The notes below the pieces were generated by a model. The model saw nothing but the letters and a program-made list of their open reading frames with translations, was not told where the DNA came from and searched no databases. The position numbers and the translations under genes are program-made. A stretch of DNA of 63,547 nucleotides, counting the filler, from Octopus bimaculoides (Eukaryota), in the NCBI RefSeq assembly GCF_001194135.2. It is 6 parts of 6 records of this genome, joined end to end, with 100 filler letters (N's around TTAATTAATTAA, not from the genome) between each part and the next. Parts side by side here need not be neighbours in the genome. Positions count along the whole stretch, not along the records: positions 17,679 to 47,658 come from NC_068985.1; 5 more parts are not named here. One strand, given 5' to 3'. Shown here one piece after another: positions 26,100-39,193 of this stretch (positions are counted from its first letter, which is position 1; every line of letters starts with the position of its first letter).

Positions 26100-27250
26100 C
26101 AATAACGCACGTAGGGAAACTGAAAACAAAGAGTTATTAATCTTCTACCTCGCATCCTATTTATGGTCTTGAAAAAGCTCCATTGTGCAAGTAGATACCC
26201 TACATTAAAATTACCTAAAGAATTTAATCTCGCTTTTCCTAAGTAATTGGACATCTTTCTCCTGACTGCTGCTGAATTGCTCCCACCTGCAAGTGTCGTC
26301 AAATGGAATATTCTGGTTTTAGGCATGAACCTGTTTGTAAAGAAAGTGACATTCAAAGGTGCCCCAGGTAACAAAGTATATCGTACGTGATGCACAAATA
26401 CTGTTCGAGTAAATGTGAAATGAAAGAACCGCGTTACAGTACAGGTAAAGATGTAATAGTTTGAAAGAGAGGACATTATCGTTCTATGAGCTTCGGAGAA
26501 TTCATTCCACAAACTAAGAAAGCTGAGATCCTTAATAGAATTGTCGTAAAAGAGATCGTGATGTCTCTTACACTAAACGAACTCTTAGAAGCATAAATTC
26601 TAAAGAATTCCAAGTTACGTGACTAATATCAGATAGCTTTTAACAGTTTTCAGAATATAAAATTAATTTTAATTCGTCTGGATTAAATTTACAAATATGC
26701 GTTGATCAGGTCTCCATGCGATCATATATAAAGTATGAAGCGTGTTTGCACTCTGTAACGGGTGTAAGATATGATCTAATATTTTTCCTTGGGATAGAAA
26801 GAAGTCATGCGTTTGCTTCCAAGGACTTGAAGACAAACTTAAACTAGATATTATGAAGGTGGTGTTCCATTTCTCCATATGTTTGCAATGGTTATAGAAT
26901 AGTCATTGAGCGGTGTAAAAAGATGCTCGGGTTGAGTGACGATCAGAATGTATTTACCTCAGGATTGAATGATTTTAGTGATGACATTATAGTCATAGTA
27001 TTCATAACAGAAGCAAAAACTTATGCAATATGCGCTCCACTAGCAATATCGACTTTACACGATATTCAAAATAAGTCGCAAGTTGTACAATGAATATTAT
27101 AGCAACATCATACGCTGATTGGACCAAAATTAATGCAAATCGTGGCTTATTTGTTTTACTAGCTCTCAACGGTAATTCAAATTACACATGTTGGTAAGTT
27201 AACCCTTCATCTGTCCTAATATTCTTCTTGTTCTTCTACATTCCAGACAA
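26100..27250 (-). mobile_element. CR1/L2-clade LINE ORF2 3' remnant
   Basis: Minus-strand fragments RYC*WSAYC (cf. LEYCxQVWSPY), HGDLINAY (cf. RGDLIxxYKI) and RYTL...LNVTFFTNR (cf. RLNxRxxFFSNR). Heavily decayed. Confidence 0.7.
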
Positions 27251-27254
27251 TTAA

Positions 27255-27900
27255 TGGATTCAAATTGAAAGCGAGGACTGTCATTAAGCTTTTGACGAAG
27301 AAGGGAATGCTGGCTCTCCCACATCCAGAAAAGGATATGTTGCATACTCAGATGACAGGAGGGAGAAGAAGTTTTAAGGATAGAAATCCACCATTGAAGA
27401 CAAACAATGTAGTGAGAGACGAGGAAATCTGCCACAAATGGCCTACTATTGTAACAAATCACCAAGCAGTCCACTAACTGACTCACACGGACACACAACT
27501 CACAATTCGCGAGCTTGTTGGATAACTTTGCTATGATGCCAGCACCTTATAAAAGATTGTGGAAAACTTTGGGTAACAGAAAGTGTTCGCAAAGTAGGTA
27601 CCTCCGCACTTTATGCCCAATTTGAAAAGAGAAGGGCCAAAAGTTTGCGTTGAACTGATGGAGGCATTTAACGCCATAAAACTTACGCTTGTTGGTGATT
27701 TCTCCGTCGGGAATGAAATATGAATGCATTTAAGCGGTTCAGAAACAAGTATCAGTCCTTGGAATGGTATTACACTTCTCCAAAACTTAAGTAACAGAAC
27801 CAGAAAGTTATGATGGTTGATTTTGTGAGTTGATAACGGCTTCATTTTCTTGATGGAAACTGCATTGAAAAGTATTTCTCTGTGGTATAGAGGAAGTATT
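27255..27900 (+). mobile_element. Degraded mariner transposase remnant (N-terminal half)
   Basis: KARTVIKLLTKKG...RRSFKDRNPPLKTNNVVRDEEICHKWPTIVTN...TIREL...VGNEI*MH is consistent with the mariner HTH and IVTGDETW region. Confidence 0.6.
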
Positions 27901-29402
27901 ATTCTCCCAACATATGCAATATAACCGATATCTGTGATTTGATAAAAAAACTCATGTCCACTTTTCCATTACTTTCAAGACGGGTGATTTATTTTGCTTC
28001 GTACAATTTCTTGAAACACATTAAATCCTATCATTATCTTTATTTCTCTCCGAATTTTGCTTTCTTCCTTACCTTTTCGTTTCTTAATTTAGAATAAAAG
28101 TAATAATCTGAATAGACTACTTAGTAATACTATATTGAACTCTCTAACTGTTAATCCATACCAATGAAGTAACTTAATATCTTTAATTAAATGCATTTAA
28201 TATTTCATATTTTCTAATATAAATTTGTCCATAAATAGATTTCTTATTTATTATATCTACTTGATGTACACCAGACAAGTCTTTATCTTATTTTAAATTA
28301 TCTAATTTCAAACTCAGATTAGTGTGTTTATTGTAAAATAAGTCAGCAAAATATAATAAAGAAAAGGAAAAACCAAAAGGAAATATTGAAATTACTCGTC
28401 ATTCTTCTTCTGAGAAGTCTAAGGCAGACTTTTGAAGTTCACTTCAGATGACATATGTGTTTAGTATCACGCCGTTTTTGTCATACTTGCCACGTGTTGT
28501 TCCTCTTAGTGGTATAATGTGGGTACGAGTACATGGAATTCTAATGTAAATTGATTTGTCTACTAGTGGAGGGCTGATTGAAAGAACAAAATTAATAAAG
28601 CATTCATAGGTACCCTACCAATATGGCATTAAATACCTACTAATATGGTATCACTATAAATTCAGTTTAAATTAAAAACTTATAAAGGATCGTTTCCTTT
28701 TGGCCGGCACTTAGAAAAAATAATTTTTTGTAAATAAACACTTTCAAATTTCGTATATTGGTAGAATGTCTCATATAAAACACCATTTACTCTTGGCGTT
28801 TTTAAGAAAATTGTTTATTCTCGAAGTTATTTAGTGTTAAATTTGTCGTATTTCGGTAATTTCAACCAATCCATGACGTCTATGGAAGTGAAAATAATTA
28901 CTGCTGTAATTATCAAATGTGTGAAAAAGCTATAAGGGCAAAACGCGTCTATATGCGCACATTCTCGCAAACACGCACACACATCTATATACGAACATAC
29001 CCGCACACACGCACACATCCAATATCACGCAAAAAATGTTCCATGTACACGTCTATAGACGCACAGAAAAAAGGCAGGGTGGAAGGGAGAAACAGAAAAA
29101 AATATGTGTAAAAAAATATACAAAACAATACCTCTATAAATATGTAAAGAAAATATAAAATATATATAAGAAATCTCAGTAAAAAGTATAGAGAGATAAA
29201 AGGCTTGTACATAGACACAATATAGAAAGAAAGATCTATCAGTAATTTTGTGGGGACCAAAAACGTAGCAAATATTTCGCCACATGTGGACATGATCCGA
29301 AAAGTTCAGTTCTTCAATTTAGACATGTGGTGGGTCTAAGCTGCCTTTCCAGATGAGCCATCTTTCCATATCACAAAGACCGGACTTTTCGCTTATATAT
29401 AC

Positions 29403-29451
<49 letters not shown>

Positions 29452-30324
29452 ATACGAGTGACGTACTGTTTGTAGTCTCAAAGTATATTAATACTAGTAT
29501 ATTAAATACTAGAATTATAGGAAATGATTGTTAAGATATATCAAAAATGCAAATATGTCCACAATATGTATTAGTAATCGTAAAATATACAACTGCCAAT
29601 ATGTTATATTGGAATTTCACACTGGCTATTATAGGTAGTTTCATAAACCCAACGAGCATTTAGTATATGTAAATCGCCTCAAAATCTCTGTACGATATGG
29701 TCTCTGAGGACAATTACTGTTGTCTTCAGAATAACACATTCAAGTTGAGTTGAATGTGCAAATTAATAGTCGTTACAAAGGCTGATTCCATAGGTAATAA
29801 CTAATTTCAACACAACCTAACAGCTTTTTGCGATATCACTGGCTATTTATTCACTAGTAACTACATCCATACGACGGATATTCATCTGGCATTCGGTTGT
29901 TGACGCTTTCTTCGGCACATATATTCTGCAAGGTATGACTTTTCGACTCATATGTTCTGCAAGACATGTGGCCTACAGCGTTCACAGCAACATATCAAAA
30001 GTGAGTGGGGCACAGCAAATTTATATATATTTTCTCAATACATTTCAACGAGAAAATACTTTTGGTATTATTAATTCCCATTTCATACTTCATTACTGGT
30101 AGGTGTTGCGTAGGTCTAAATGCAAAAAATGTTGTACAACATCGATTACTAATTCTTCTGACCGAATTACTTTGCATTCAGCGAGAATTTGTAGTATAAA
30201 TATTAATCAGGTGTCAGACAAGAATATAGAGAATATATGTATGTATGTATGTATGTATGCATGTATGTATGTATGTATGTATGTATGTATGTATGTATGC
30301 ATGTATGTATGTATATATAAGTAC

Positions 30325-30364
<40 letters not shown>

Positions 30365-30544
30365 TTGTATATCGTTTTGCGCGAGCATATTTTTATGTAT
30401 CTTTGCCAATATAAATATTTATGGCTGCATTCATGTTTTGAAATCGCTCGTATACTGTTTAAACTCAAACATTGCATCTATACTTATGTCCAACTATATA
30501 TATATATAGTTGGACAGGAGATCTAAGGAGAAGGAGAGATAATA

Positions 30545-30648
30545 AAGTACTGGTGATCCCAAAACGAAGCTTGCGTACTGGGGTCAATCTAATTGACTGG
30601 CCCCCTCCACCAAAATTTCGGCCTTGTGCCTAGAGTACAAAAGAATAT
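30545..30648 (+). mobile_element. SINE 3' half (33230 family)
   Basis: ttgcgtactggggtcaatctaattgactggccccctccaccaaaatttcggccttgtgcctagagtacaaaagaatat aligns with 33366-33442. Confidence 0.75.
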
Positions 30649-30847
30649 ACAACCATTTTATTATCATTCAAAGCACTATGATTCATATGGTTAGTTGTAG
30701 AGATGAAATCAAGGACCATCCTAAAATAAGCTTAGTTTAGGTTAAGTATGTTTATTATATATATATATATATATATATATATNNNNNNNNNNNNNNNNNN
30801 NNNNNNNNNNCTTTATATTACATTAATCTTAATCTTAATCTTATTTC

Positions 30848-30892
30848 GGCCAGAGTTCTTTCGTCACACTTCTGTGACCTCATCAGTGGTCC
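30848..30892 (-). ncRNA. Type I hammerhead ribozyme motif (same family as 15891-15935)
   Basis: Reverse complement: GG(A)CCA-CUGAUGA-G-GUCACA-GAAG-UGUGAC-GAA-A-GAAC-U-C/UGGCC. Canonical core, triplet CUC, helix II identical to the 15891 copy. Lies in a short PLE-type 3' fragment (~30811-30930). Confidence 0.75.
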
Positions 30893-31290
30893 TTTGTTTC
30901 CTTCTTTCTTATGTGTGTCTCACCTTGCTAATATATATATATATATCATTTCGTATGAATATAGACAAATACTAGAGCGTGCTGACAGAAATGCTCATAC
31001 ATATATGTGTGTGCATCTGTAAGTGTCTTTAAATATAAAAACGAAATTTATAACAAGATATATAATGGCTTTAAATCATTTATTTTTTTAATTAATTTAT
31101 TTCATAATTGAAAATTATTAAATGGAGTATTTGAATGAGATGTCTTAAGGCAAATATGTAAACAATTATAAAAATACGCCAGTTCCTATTAAAAAATTAT
31201 ATTGTAGATAAATGAAATATTCGTTAAAATATTAATAATAACATAATAATATCATAGTAATATATATCTTTATATTACGTAATTGTATTA

Positions 31291-31530
31291 TTCTCTTGTT
31301 TCAGTCATTTAATTGTGGCCAATCAGAAGCATGGCCTGAAAGGGTTTTTAGTCGAAGAAATTGACTCCAGGGCTTATTCATTGTAAACCTAGTACTAATC
31401 CTCTCGGTCTGTTTTGACAACCCGCTAAGTTACAAGTAACCCGCTAAATTACGTAAGTAACCCGCCAAGTTATGTAAACACACCAACATCGATTGTCCAG
31501 CGATGGTGGGAAGACAAACATAGACACACA
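31291..31530 (-). mobile_element. SINE 3' half (recalled octopus family) with internal ~20-bp triplication (aacccgctaagttac...)
   Basis: tcttgtttcagtcattt...ttagtcgaagaaattgactccagggcttattc...ccgctaagtta...aaacacaccaacatcgattgtccagcgatg...gacaaac is the reverse complement of a recalled, abundant octopus SINE. Confidence 0.7.
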
Positions 31531-32099
31531 GACAAACACACATACACTCAGACACACACTCACACACACACACGCACGCGCACGCATACACACACACATA
31601 CACGCACGCACACACATACACACACACACACACACACACANNNNNNNNNNNNNNNNNNNNNNNNNNNNNNNNNNNNNNNNNNNNNNNNNNNNNNNNNNNN
31701 NNNNNNNNNNNNNNNNNNNNNNNNNNNNNNNNNNNNNNNNNNNNNNNNNNNNNNNNNNNNNNNNNNNNNNNNNNNNNNNNNNNNNNNNNNNNNNNNNNNN
31801 NNNNNNNNNNNNNNNNNNNNNNNNNNNNNNNNNNNNNNNNNNNNNNNNNNNNNNNNNNNNNNNNNNNNNNNNNNNNNNNNNNNNNNNNNNNNNNNNNNNN
31901 NNNNNNNNNNNNNNNNNNNNNNNNNNNNNNNNNNNNNNNNNNNNNNNNNNNNNNNNNNNNNNNNNNNNNNNNNNNNNACAGGTGAAAGTTTGAATGTTCA
32001 TAGCAGTCAATAAAATAAACACTGTATATCAATTTGTTTGAATGTACAAAGTTCATTAATTTTAGTGGTGGTCGACAAGTCATACCGACAGAAAGTATG

Positions 32100-32870
32100 A
32101 AATAAAAATAGTAAAAGAAGGGACTTTGGCTTACAGTTTCTCTGATCCTCTACTAATAGACGCTTTCGCTTGTAAAGGAATGTTTTGGTATTAGGTGAAT
32201 TTATAATTTTTTTTTTCTGCGAGAGGATCTGATTTTTGATTAGTTAAAATACTGGTGACGTTTTTTTTCCGTGGTCAAGCTTGTCGATCTGCTTAGTTGT
32301 TTACCTTGTGGATGCGGTCATGAATCGTTCCGGTTTGTTGGTTTTCTTAAAGGGTCATTTCGTTGTATTCGCTGAAGTTTGGTTTTGATTGGTCTGGTGT
32401 TTGTTGAATTTAATTGAACTGGAGGTGGGTGACGTCAGCAACTTCTGTTTATATGGTGATCTGAAGTTGCGGTTTCGGAACCGGGTGGAAGATTGCTACT
32501 AAAATTAAAACAAAAAAAAAAAATGTTGTTCCTGGTTGTTTTTTTTTTTTTTGAAATTCAGTCTTTTTTCTGTTTTTTTTCTTTTTACTGCTTTTTCTTC
32601 TTTCTAAAAAATATTCAATTACGGTTTACATTTTTTAACCAGTATGTTTTCCTTATTTAAACGGAATTGGGTTGAAGTGTTTCCAGTGCATTGATAGGGA
32701 GGGAAGATTTGGTATTTAGGGTTTATATCTACGGGGCATTGGTCTAGTGCTTGCTCACGGGAATTTTCCTAGTAGTGGGGTCCCGGAATTGTTGCCTGTG
32801 CACCCTAAATCTATCCTTCAGATTGAAGCTAGTTTGACCAATCTAGTCACCAACATGTACAACGAGCTTC
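32100..32870 (-). mobile_element. Penelope-like element 3' fragment (GIY-YIG pseudogene plus 3' UTR)
   Basis: Minus strand reads IGQTSFNLKDRFRVHRQQFRDPTTRKIPVSKH...IRKTYWLK (GIY-YIG: YIGQT..L..RF..H). A very degenerate HHR-like remnant (CTAATA...GAAAGCGTC/TATTAG) lies at ~32153-32195. Confidence 0.75.
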
Positions 32871-32879
32871 TTTTACTTT

Positions 32880-33027
32880 CTGTCTACCAAATCTCCCCCC
32901 CCCACCAGAAGTCTTTGGTAGGTCCGAGGCTACTATAGGAGACATTGCCCAAGGTGTCACACAGTGGGACAGTACCCGGAACCATGTGGTTTTGAAGCAA
33001 GCTTCTTACTACGCAGCCACGCCTGGG
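32880..33027 (-). mobile_element. tRNA-derived SINE (20309 family)
   Basis: Its reverse complement begins caggcgtggctgcgtagtaagaagcttgc...accacatggttccgggtactgtcccactgtgtgacaccttgggcaatgtctcc. Confidence 0.8.
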
Positions 33028-33229
33028 CCATTATATATATATATATCATATATACATCTTATTATAATAAATTTATAATAAATAACATGAAATATGTTAT
33101 GGAAGTAAATTTGCATATTTATGTATTCCTGCTGTTTTTCCTCGAGAGAGAGAGAGAAAATATATGGCTTTATATTTCATTAATAAAATAACTAAAGTGT
33201 GTGTAGATGTTATAATATATGTTACAGCT

Positions 33230-33442
33230 AAGGCGGCAAGCTGGTAGAAATACCGCTAAGCGAAATGCTTAGCGGTATTTCGTCTGATTTTACGTTTTGA
33301 CTTCAAATTCTGCCGAGGTCGACTTTGCCTTTCATCCTTTCGTGGTTGATAAGTTAAGTACCAGTTGCGTACTGAGGTCGATGTAATCGACTGCCCCCCT
33401 CTCCCAAAATTTCGGGCCTTGCGCCTAGAGTATAAAAGAATA
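33230..33442 (+). mobile_element. Full-length tRNA-derived SINE with gccgaggtcgactttgcctttcatcc core
   Basis: tRNA-like head (aaggcggcaagctggtagaa...cttcaaattc), conserved core and an A-rich 3' end. Further copies at 11084, 30545 and 38771. Confidence 0.85.
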
Positions 33443-34869
33443 TATGCTACAACTATTTTATTTTCATTTGAACCACTATTATTCATATCATTAATTATAG
33501 AGATATGAAATGAAGGATCAACCGAGAAACAAGTTCAGGTTAGGTTAAGTATGATTACTTTACTTTAGCATATCGTGCTGTTCAAAAAGCGACGAAAGTT
33601 CTTCTGTGACATCTCTATGCAGACACACACACACACATACACTCATGCACACACGCTTACATTTATAGCCATACATGGACATATTTATATGTGTGTGTGC
33701 TTGAGTGTGTGTGTGTAAGTTTGTGTTTGTGTTTGTTCGTGTGTTTGTGCGTGTGTGTGTGTGTGTGTAAAAAATATGAGGGTTTAATTCACTTGTGATC
33801 TAAACGAAAAGGTACGCTATGTAAATGCTAAAGCTGGTCGTCCGTTAGGTTCCAATTTCACAGCTGAGATTAGAACTAGGGATCCGTATTAGTGTTCCGT
33901 TATAGTGGGTATATATTACATTAGATGAGAAATGAAAATCAAGGCAGATGGAGTATCTCAAATTATTTAAAAAATGTTATTATAGTAAGGCGGATTTGAA
34001 GCTTTACAGCTGTTTCCGTGTTAACCCAAGTGATATGTTAGTATGTCCACGCACTGGGTGTTCCGTTATCAGAGACGAGGTATGGATATTTTAGATAGGA
34101 AATATTTACAGTTTACAAGGAATAAAATAGAAGAATAAATGAGTGTATAAAAGAATACAGAGTAAAGGTAGAATACAGGCGAGAGAATAATGTTCACAAC
34201 TCATCTTTTTCCAGAGGGTATGGATGTTGGTCGATACTTCCATGAAGGTACAGTACCTTAGTTAAAATCCTGTAAGAACTGTAACTTTACACTTTACCCT
34301 GTGTGTGTGTATGTGTGTGTGCCTGCTTGTGTATGTGTGAGTGTGTGTATGTGCGTATTTCTCTTTACGTGTATTAGTGTCAATCACGTACAGTTAATTA
34401 CTCGTTCTGTTTACTTAACGCATCATTGTATTTAGGGGACGTTTGGGAATGACGCGAATGAGAATGGTTGTTAGTTCTAGCTCTCGTAATGACAACATCT
34501 ATGATTCCTCTACAGCTAGCTTGAGTTTAACATATTTGCCATCTTTGCAATGAATTGTAAGATGTTTGCGTCTCTACCGTAATTCAGGTATAACACTAAA
34601 AGTTAAGTGCAAGACCTTTACAGCAACACATTTCCATTCAGTCCCACAAGACAGCTTTATTTATTTGCACTAACGAAAATCGTTAATGCAACATCACAAG
34701 AGATCTAAATTACTACAAGAAAAGGTTTGAGAGGTGTGAATTAGAAAAAAGCAAAGCAAAACACAACAATACACGAATATAATGGTAATATCTTATTTTC
34801 TCGGACTCTGTGTCTGTCACTTGTCTGTCCAATCAGTTTTTATTTATCAACATTACCTCTTTAGTTTCC

Positions 34870-35520
34870 TACAATCTCTGTATCTTTTAGATAAACGTTT
34901 ATCGATAAATCCTAAATACAGGAAGATTTTTAAGAGACGCTCAGTAAAGATATCATACAGTTCCTCCACTGATATGAAGAAAATTATAAATGTCGAGAAC
35001 CTGAGGCTTTCCCACTCGCCCAGGCACGTATGATAAACTCCGTCATATATGAAGCTGAAGTTACAGCTATGCTCCAAGACAAATCAATTGAAAAGAAGTG
35101 TTACATCGGGTTATATGAGGATTATTTCAAGCGACGTTATGCAAAACACTTAACCTCTTTCCGCCACATCGGTAAACGCAATGCAACTAATTTGGCTAGC
35201 TACGTATGGAATTTGAAAAGCAGTTCCATACCACATACAATTAAGTTTAGAATTGTGAATAGATCCAAGTCATATGTTAATGGATCTAAAAAATGCAACT
35301 TATGTGGAGCGGAAAGATCTCATATTCTTTTTCGATCCAGTAATTCCAAAACACTACTTAATTCGAGATCTGAAAGTTTAGCAACTGCAGACAAATGGAC
35401 AGGTATTTTTTTTTTTTATCAAATTGGAGGTCACCGCCGGCTCTAGATTGAGTTACTGTCTCGCTGATAGCAACTGCTAAAATTAAATATACAGCCGAAA
35501 GGACCATTAATAGTTTCATG
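34870..35520 (+). mobile_element. Penelope-like element, probably Naiad clade: linker plus GIY-YIG pseudogene
   Basis: KYRKIFKRRSVKISYSSSTDMKKII (linker), then PLA-GT-MINSVIYEAEV...KCYIGLYEDYFKRRYAKHLTSFRH...LASYVWNLK...KCNLCGAERSHI...LLNSRSE and a frameshifted CRQ (cf. CRH). Confidence 0.8.
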
Positions 35521-38500
35521 CTATTATGATACTTGAGCAAGGATATTTATGAAATACGTCATGTATCTTAAATTAATATTTGAGGCTCTGTCTATGCGTT
35601 ATATGTAATTTTTAAATGCGAGGATGCTAGAGAGTAACAAAAAGGAAAAACGTGAAGAAGTTTGGTGCAAAAAATGGAACGAGTAAAAAGAAACAAATTC
35701 AAGATTTACGATTCTTGTCCTCCATCATTGCAAAAAGTTCATTAAATACAACCGGTTTAGGGCAAAATAACAGAATATATGATATAATTTCGTTCGTCTT
35801 GAGATTGTGGTGGAATCTGAGATTATTAATTTGTGTAAAATTGTATCACCCAGCCATAATCTAGTTCATAACTTTTGGTTTTTCAAAAACACCTTAATTC
35901 TAGATGGGATGGTTCGACAACAGAAAGTAATAGAATACGGGAATAAGGAATAGAATTTAAATATCTGTACCAAAGCATAAAACAGAATATCTGCACACAA
36001 CAAAGAACGCGCAAAGCATATACATGAATTTAAATCTTAATTCATTAACTGTCAACAGTATATCGTTTTTGGATTTGACAGCTTTATGAATTTGTACACA
36101 CGTACACGAGCACATAAACACACAAACACACGCACAGGCACGCACGGATTTGCGCATGCTGGCGCACACACCTGCATCAGAGCCAAGGTTAGTTAAAATG
36201 TGTTTGTGACATATTTCAACTCCTAAAGGCAAATTCACTGCAGTTACCATAAAGAAAAATATTCCTCTTATAGTAAAAGATGTAACAAGTTAATATCTGC
36301 CCAGCGTTGATCGCTGTTGGATTCCCTGTCACCGCGCTTCTAGTTGTTTCGCCGTCAAGAAGTGTCATACAAGAGTAGTTCAAACACCACTCCTGTGATA
36401 TTCGCACACACGCACATTTACACAAGCATATGCACTCATACATATACATACTGACATAAAGAATCTTGCCAAAATCAATATACATTCATATACGAAGACA
36501 CGTCTTTTTATATACTCATTTGTGTTGTAGATATATACACACATACACACATATACGCATATATAGATAACATAACCACGTAGTTATAATCGAAACAAGC
36601 GGAGCACTATATTAAATATGCCGACCACTAGAATACATTCAGACATGAGTATACGATTACTTCTGCCCAACAAATGTATATAACCAATTATTAAGTTTCT
36701 ATCATATGCGATAGCCATGCCTACATATAATCCATATAAAGATTAAAAATCAAAGAATAAAGCGAATAAGAGGAAAATTACATTAGACGAAGCTAATAGA
36801 TAACGGTCACACATTATCGAGTGATAACTAAGAATGTAGACCTAGCAAGTAGTTTGAACATATAATTTGATCAGGTTAATAAAATGTGGGCATTATACTC
36901 ATGATAATATGAATAACCGAATAAAAGAATATATGCGCTATATTCTATAGAAATCAAGGTTATTTATCTTATTGATTAGACTTCCTGAGTATAACAATAA
37001 CAGTATTAGCAGCAACTCAAAAGCACTAGTATATGACCAAATAATGAAAATAAAGGTGATGTTTGTGGGAAGACTTTTATTAATAATTAACCATTATTGA
37101 TAATTTTACTAAGTAAAGTGATCAGGCAGAAAGTCAGTATTCTAAGTTAGAATTAGTTATCGTACTCAAAGCAATTAAGGTAATTAAGATAAATGAATTA
37201 AGATTTAAAATTTAAGAGTCAGACTAACTTCAATTATGCAACCGCTGAGCAGGGAGAATCCATAGCATGGTAGAAAGAAAGGGTAAACGAATAATAAATA
37301 TATGACGAAAAAATAAAAGCAACAAATATGCGAAAAATCTAGAGCGCTTAATGTTACGCAACAACACGCCGGTGTAAACCACGCAATATTTAATAGGTTA
37401 GTTACACGTAGTGTGTTGGAAAGACATACAGTACATGTGCGGACATCTAACTATTATATTATCACCTTGTCGAATAGGACTCGATTTACAACTAATGGAT
37501 TCATAAATTTCAGATATGCACAACTCACACTTAGCATTTCAATCCCTATAGTGTTAAGTGGTGTGTATAATCGATCAAGCAATTTCATATTCAATATTTT
37601 TATTTGCAATATGGATATCTAGTTAATAATGTAGAATTATTCTCATGTCTACCTCTAAGCCTGTTTTGTGATTGAAGTTAGATTTAACATTTGTAGATGA
37701 TATTTTTTTAGACATTTTTCCCCGAGGTAAAAAGCGGGGTTTATTTCTTCAAATAGAAGAATCATCATTCATTATCTTCATTATGATGATATTCTTACGT
37801 GTAGTGCTATTTATTAATAATCAGTGCATCACTACTCTGGTTATTTTACCTCGGTGCAATTATGTGGTTGCATAAATACTCAGATGTACGTGTAAGACTA
37901 GAACCATTAGGGGTTATATTACCATTAGATAGGCAGTTCAATTTCGTACAGTTCAATGGTGTTAAGTATTGTACAGTATTAGGTGTTGTGGTGTAAGCTA
38001 ACATTACTATCATAGTTGTCGACCAATATATTACTATACAGGCTGAATGCCGGAAGTGCCAGTCACCGATCACCAGCAAATATACACATCATACAAAGAA
38101 TTTTTCGGCCTGGATAGGGATCTATATAAGTGCGACACACTGTTCACAGTCCGAAAGTGTAACTATGCGAGTAATGATTGTTTTAGGGAACGAATGTTTA
38201 CATTTTTCAAATATGTAGCTATGTCCGTCACATATCTTACTAATCGTACAACAAACTGCCTGGATGTTAAGTTGGAACTTCGCAGCAACCATTAGCATAA
38301 ACCCAACTAGCATACAATGTATGTAAATCGCCTGTCAAATTTCACTCGAGCTGCAATCAGTGGTACACAGTGTTTCTACTCTGGATACCCATGTATTCGT
38401 TAAAAGTGGTAATCTTTAGTGGAAAGGCTTCATACTACAACTAGGCCTTAGCTAGCACCACAGGATATGTAAAAGATATTATTTACCTTAATAAAAGTTG

Positions 38501-38770
38501 TATTTCAAAATACGAAAGTAGAGTTTTAATGGAATACTTTAATTTACATTCTCTCACAAAATTTTTAAATTCTTATGATGTTAATGTATATATATATACA
38601 CACACACATATCTTTAATACAGATGTATGTATGTATATCAATGATGTCTATTCAAGGCATGCATGTCATTCATTTCAGGGCTATTTGTTTTTCATAATCC
38701 CAGAAATAATCTGAGAAAAGCAATTCATCATTGTAAAGTAGTGAATGTCGTGCTGAAAGTATAATCAGAT

Positions 38771-38902
38771 TGGTTTCAAATTTTGGCAGAAAGCCAGCAA
38801 TTTCGAGGGGTAGGGAAGTCGATTATATCGGCCTCGGTGTCCAAATGGTACTTATTTTAATGACGCCAAAATGACAAGAGGCAAAATCTTTCACGGTGGA
38901 AA
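38771..38902 (-). mobile_element. SINE 3' half (33230 family)
   Basis: tggtttcaaattttggcagaaagccagcaatttcgaggggtagggaagtcgattatatcggcctcggtg...ggtacttattttaatgacgcc is the reverse complement of the family 3' region. Confidence 0.7.
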
Positions 38903-39125
38903 ATGTAATTGGATTGAGAGAAGAATGCTCTAAAACTATCTTCGATTCTATAATTCATTGATGGTTTTTTCTCCTAGATACAGCAAGCATATTTGCCTCA
39001 GTGATACTATAGAAAAACGTCCTTAGTAAGGCTCATATACTTTCCGATAAATATAGTGTATTAACATGCAATTCACGTGTAAAGAAGATTCATGAACGTA
39101 TCTTATTTTCATCTACACTCCTCTC

Positions 39126-39193
<68 letters not shown>

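Noticed and set aside
28398-28452. Possible three-way junction (GTCAT/ATGAC closing two hairpins)
   Set aside because: No catalytic-core consensus; short stems of this kind are plausible by chance in 63 kb.
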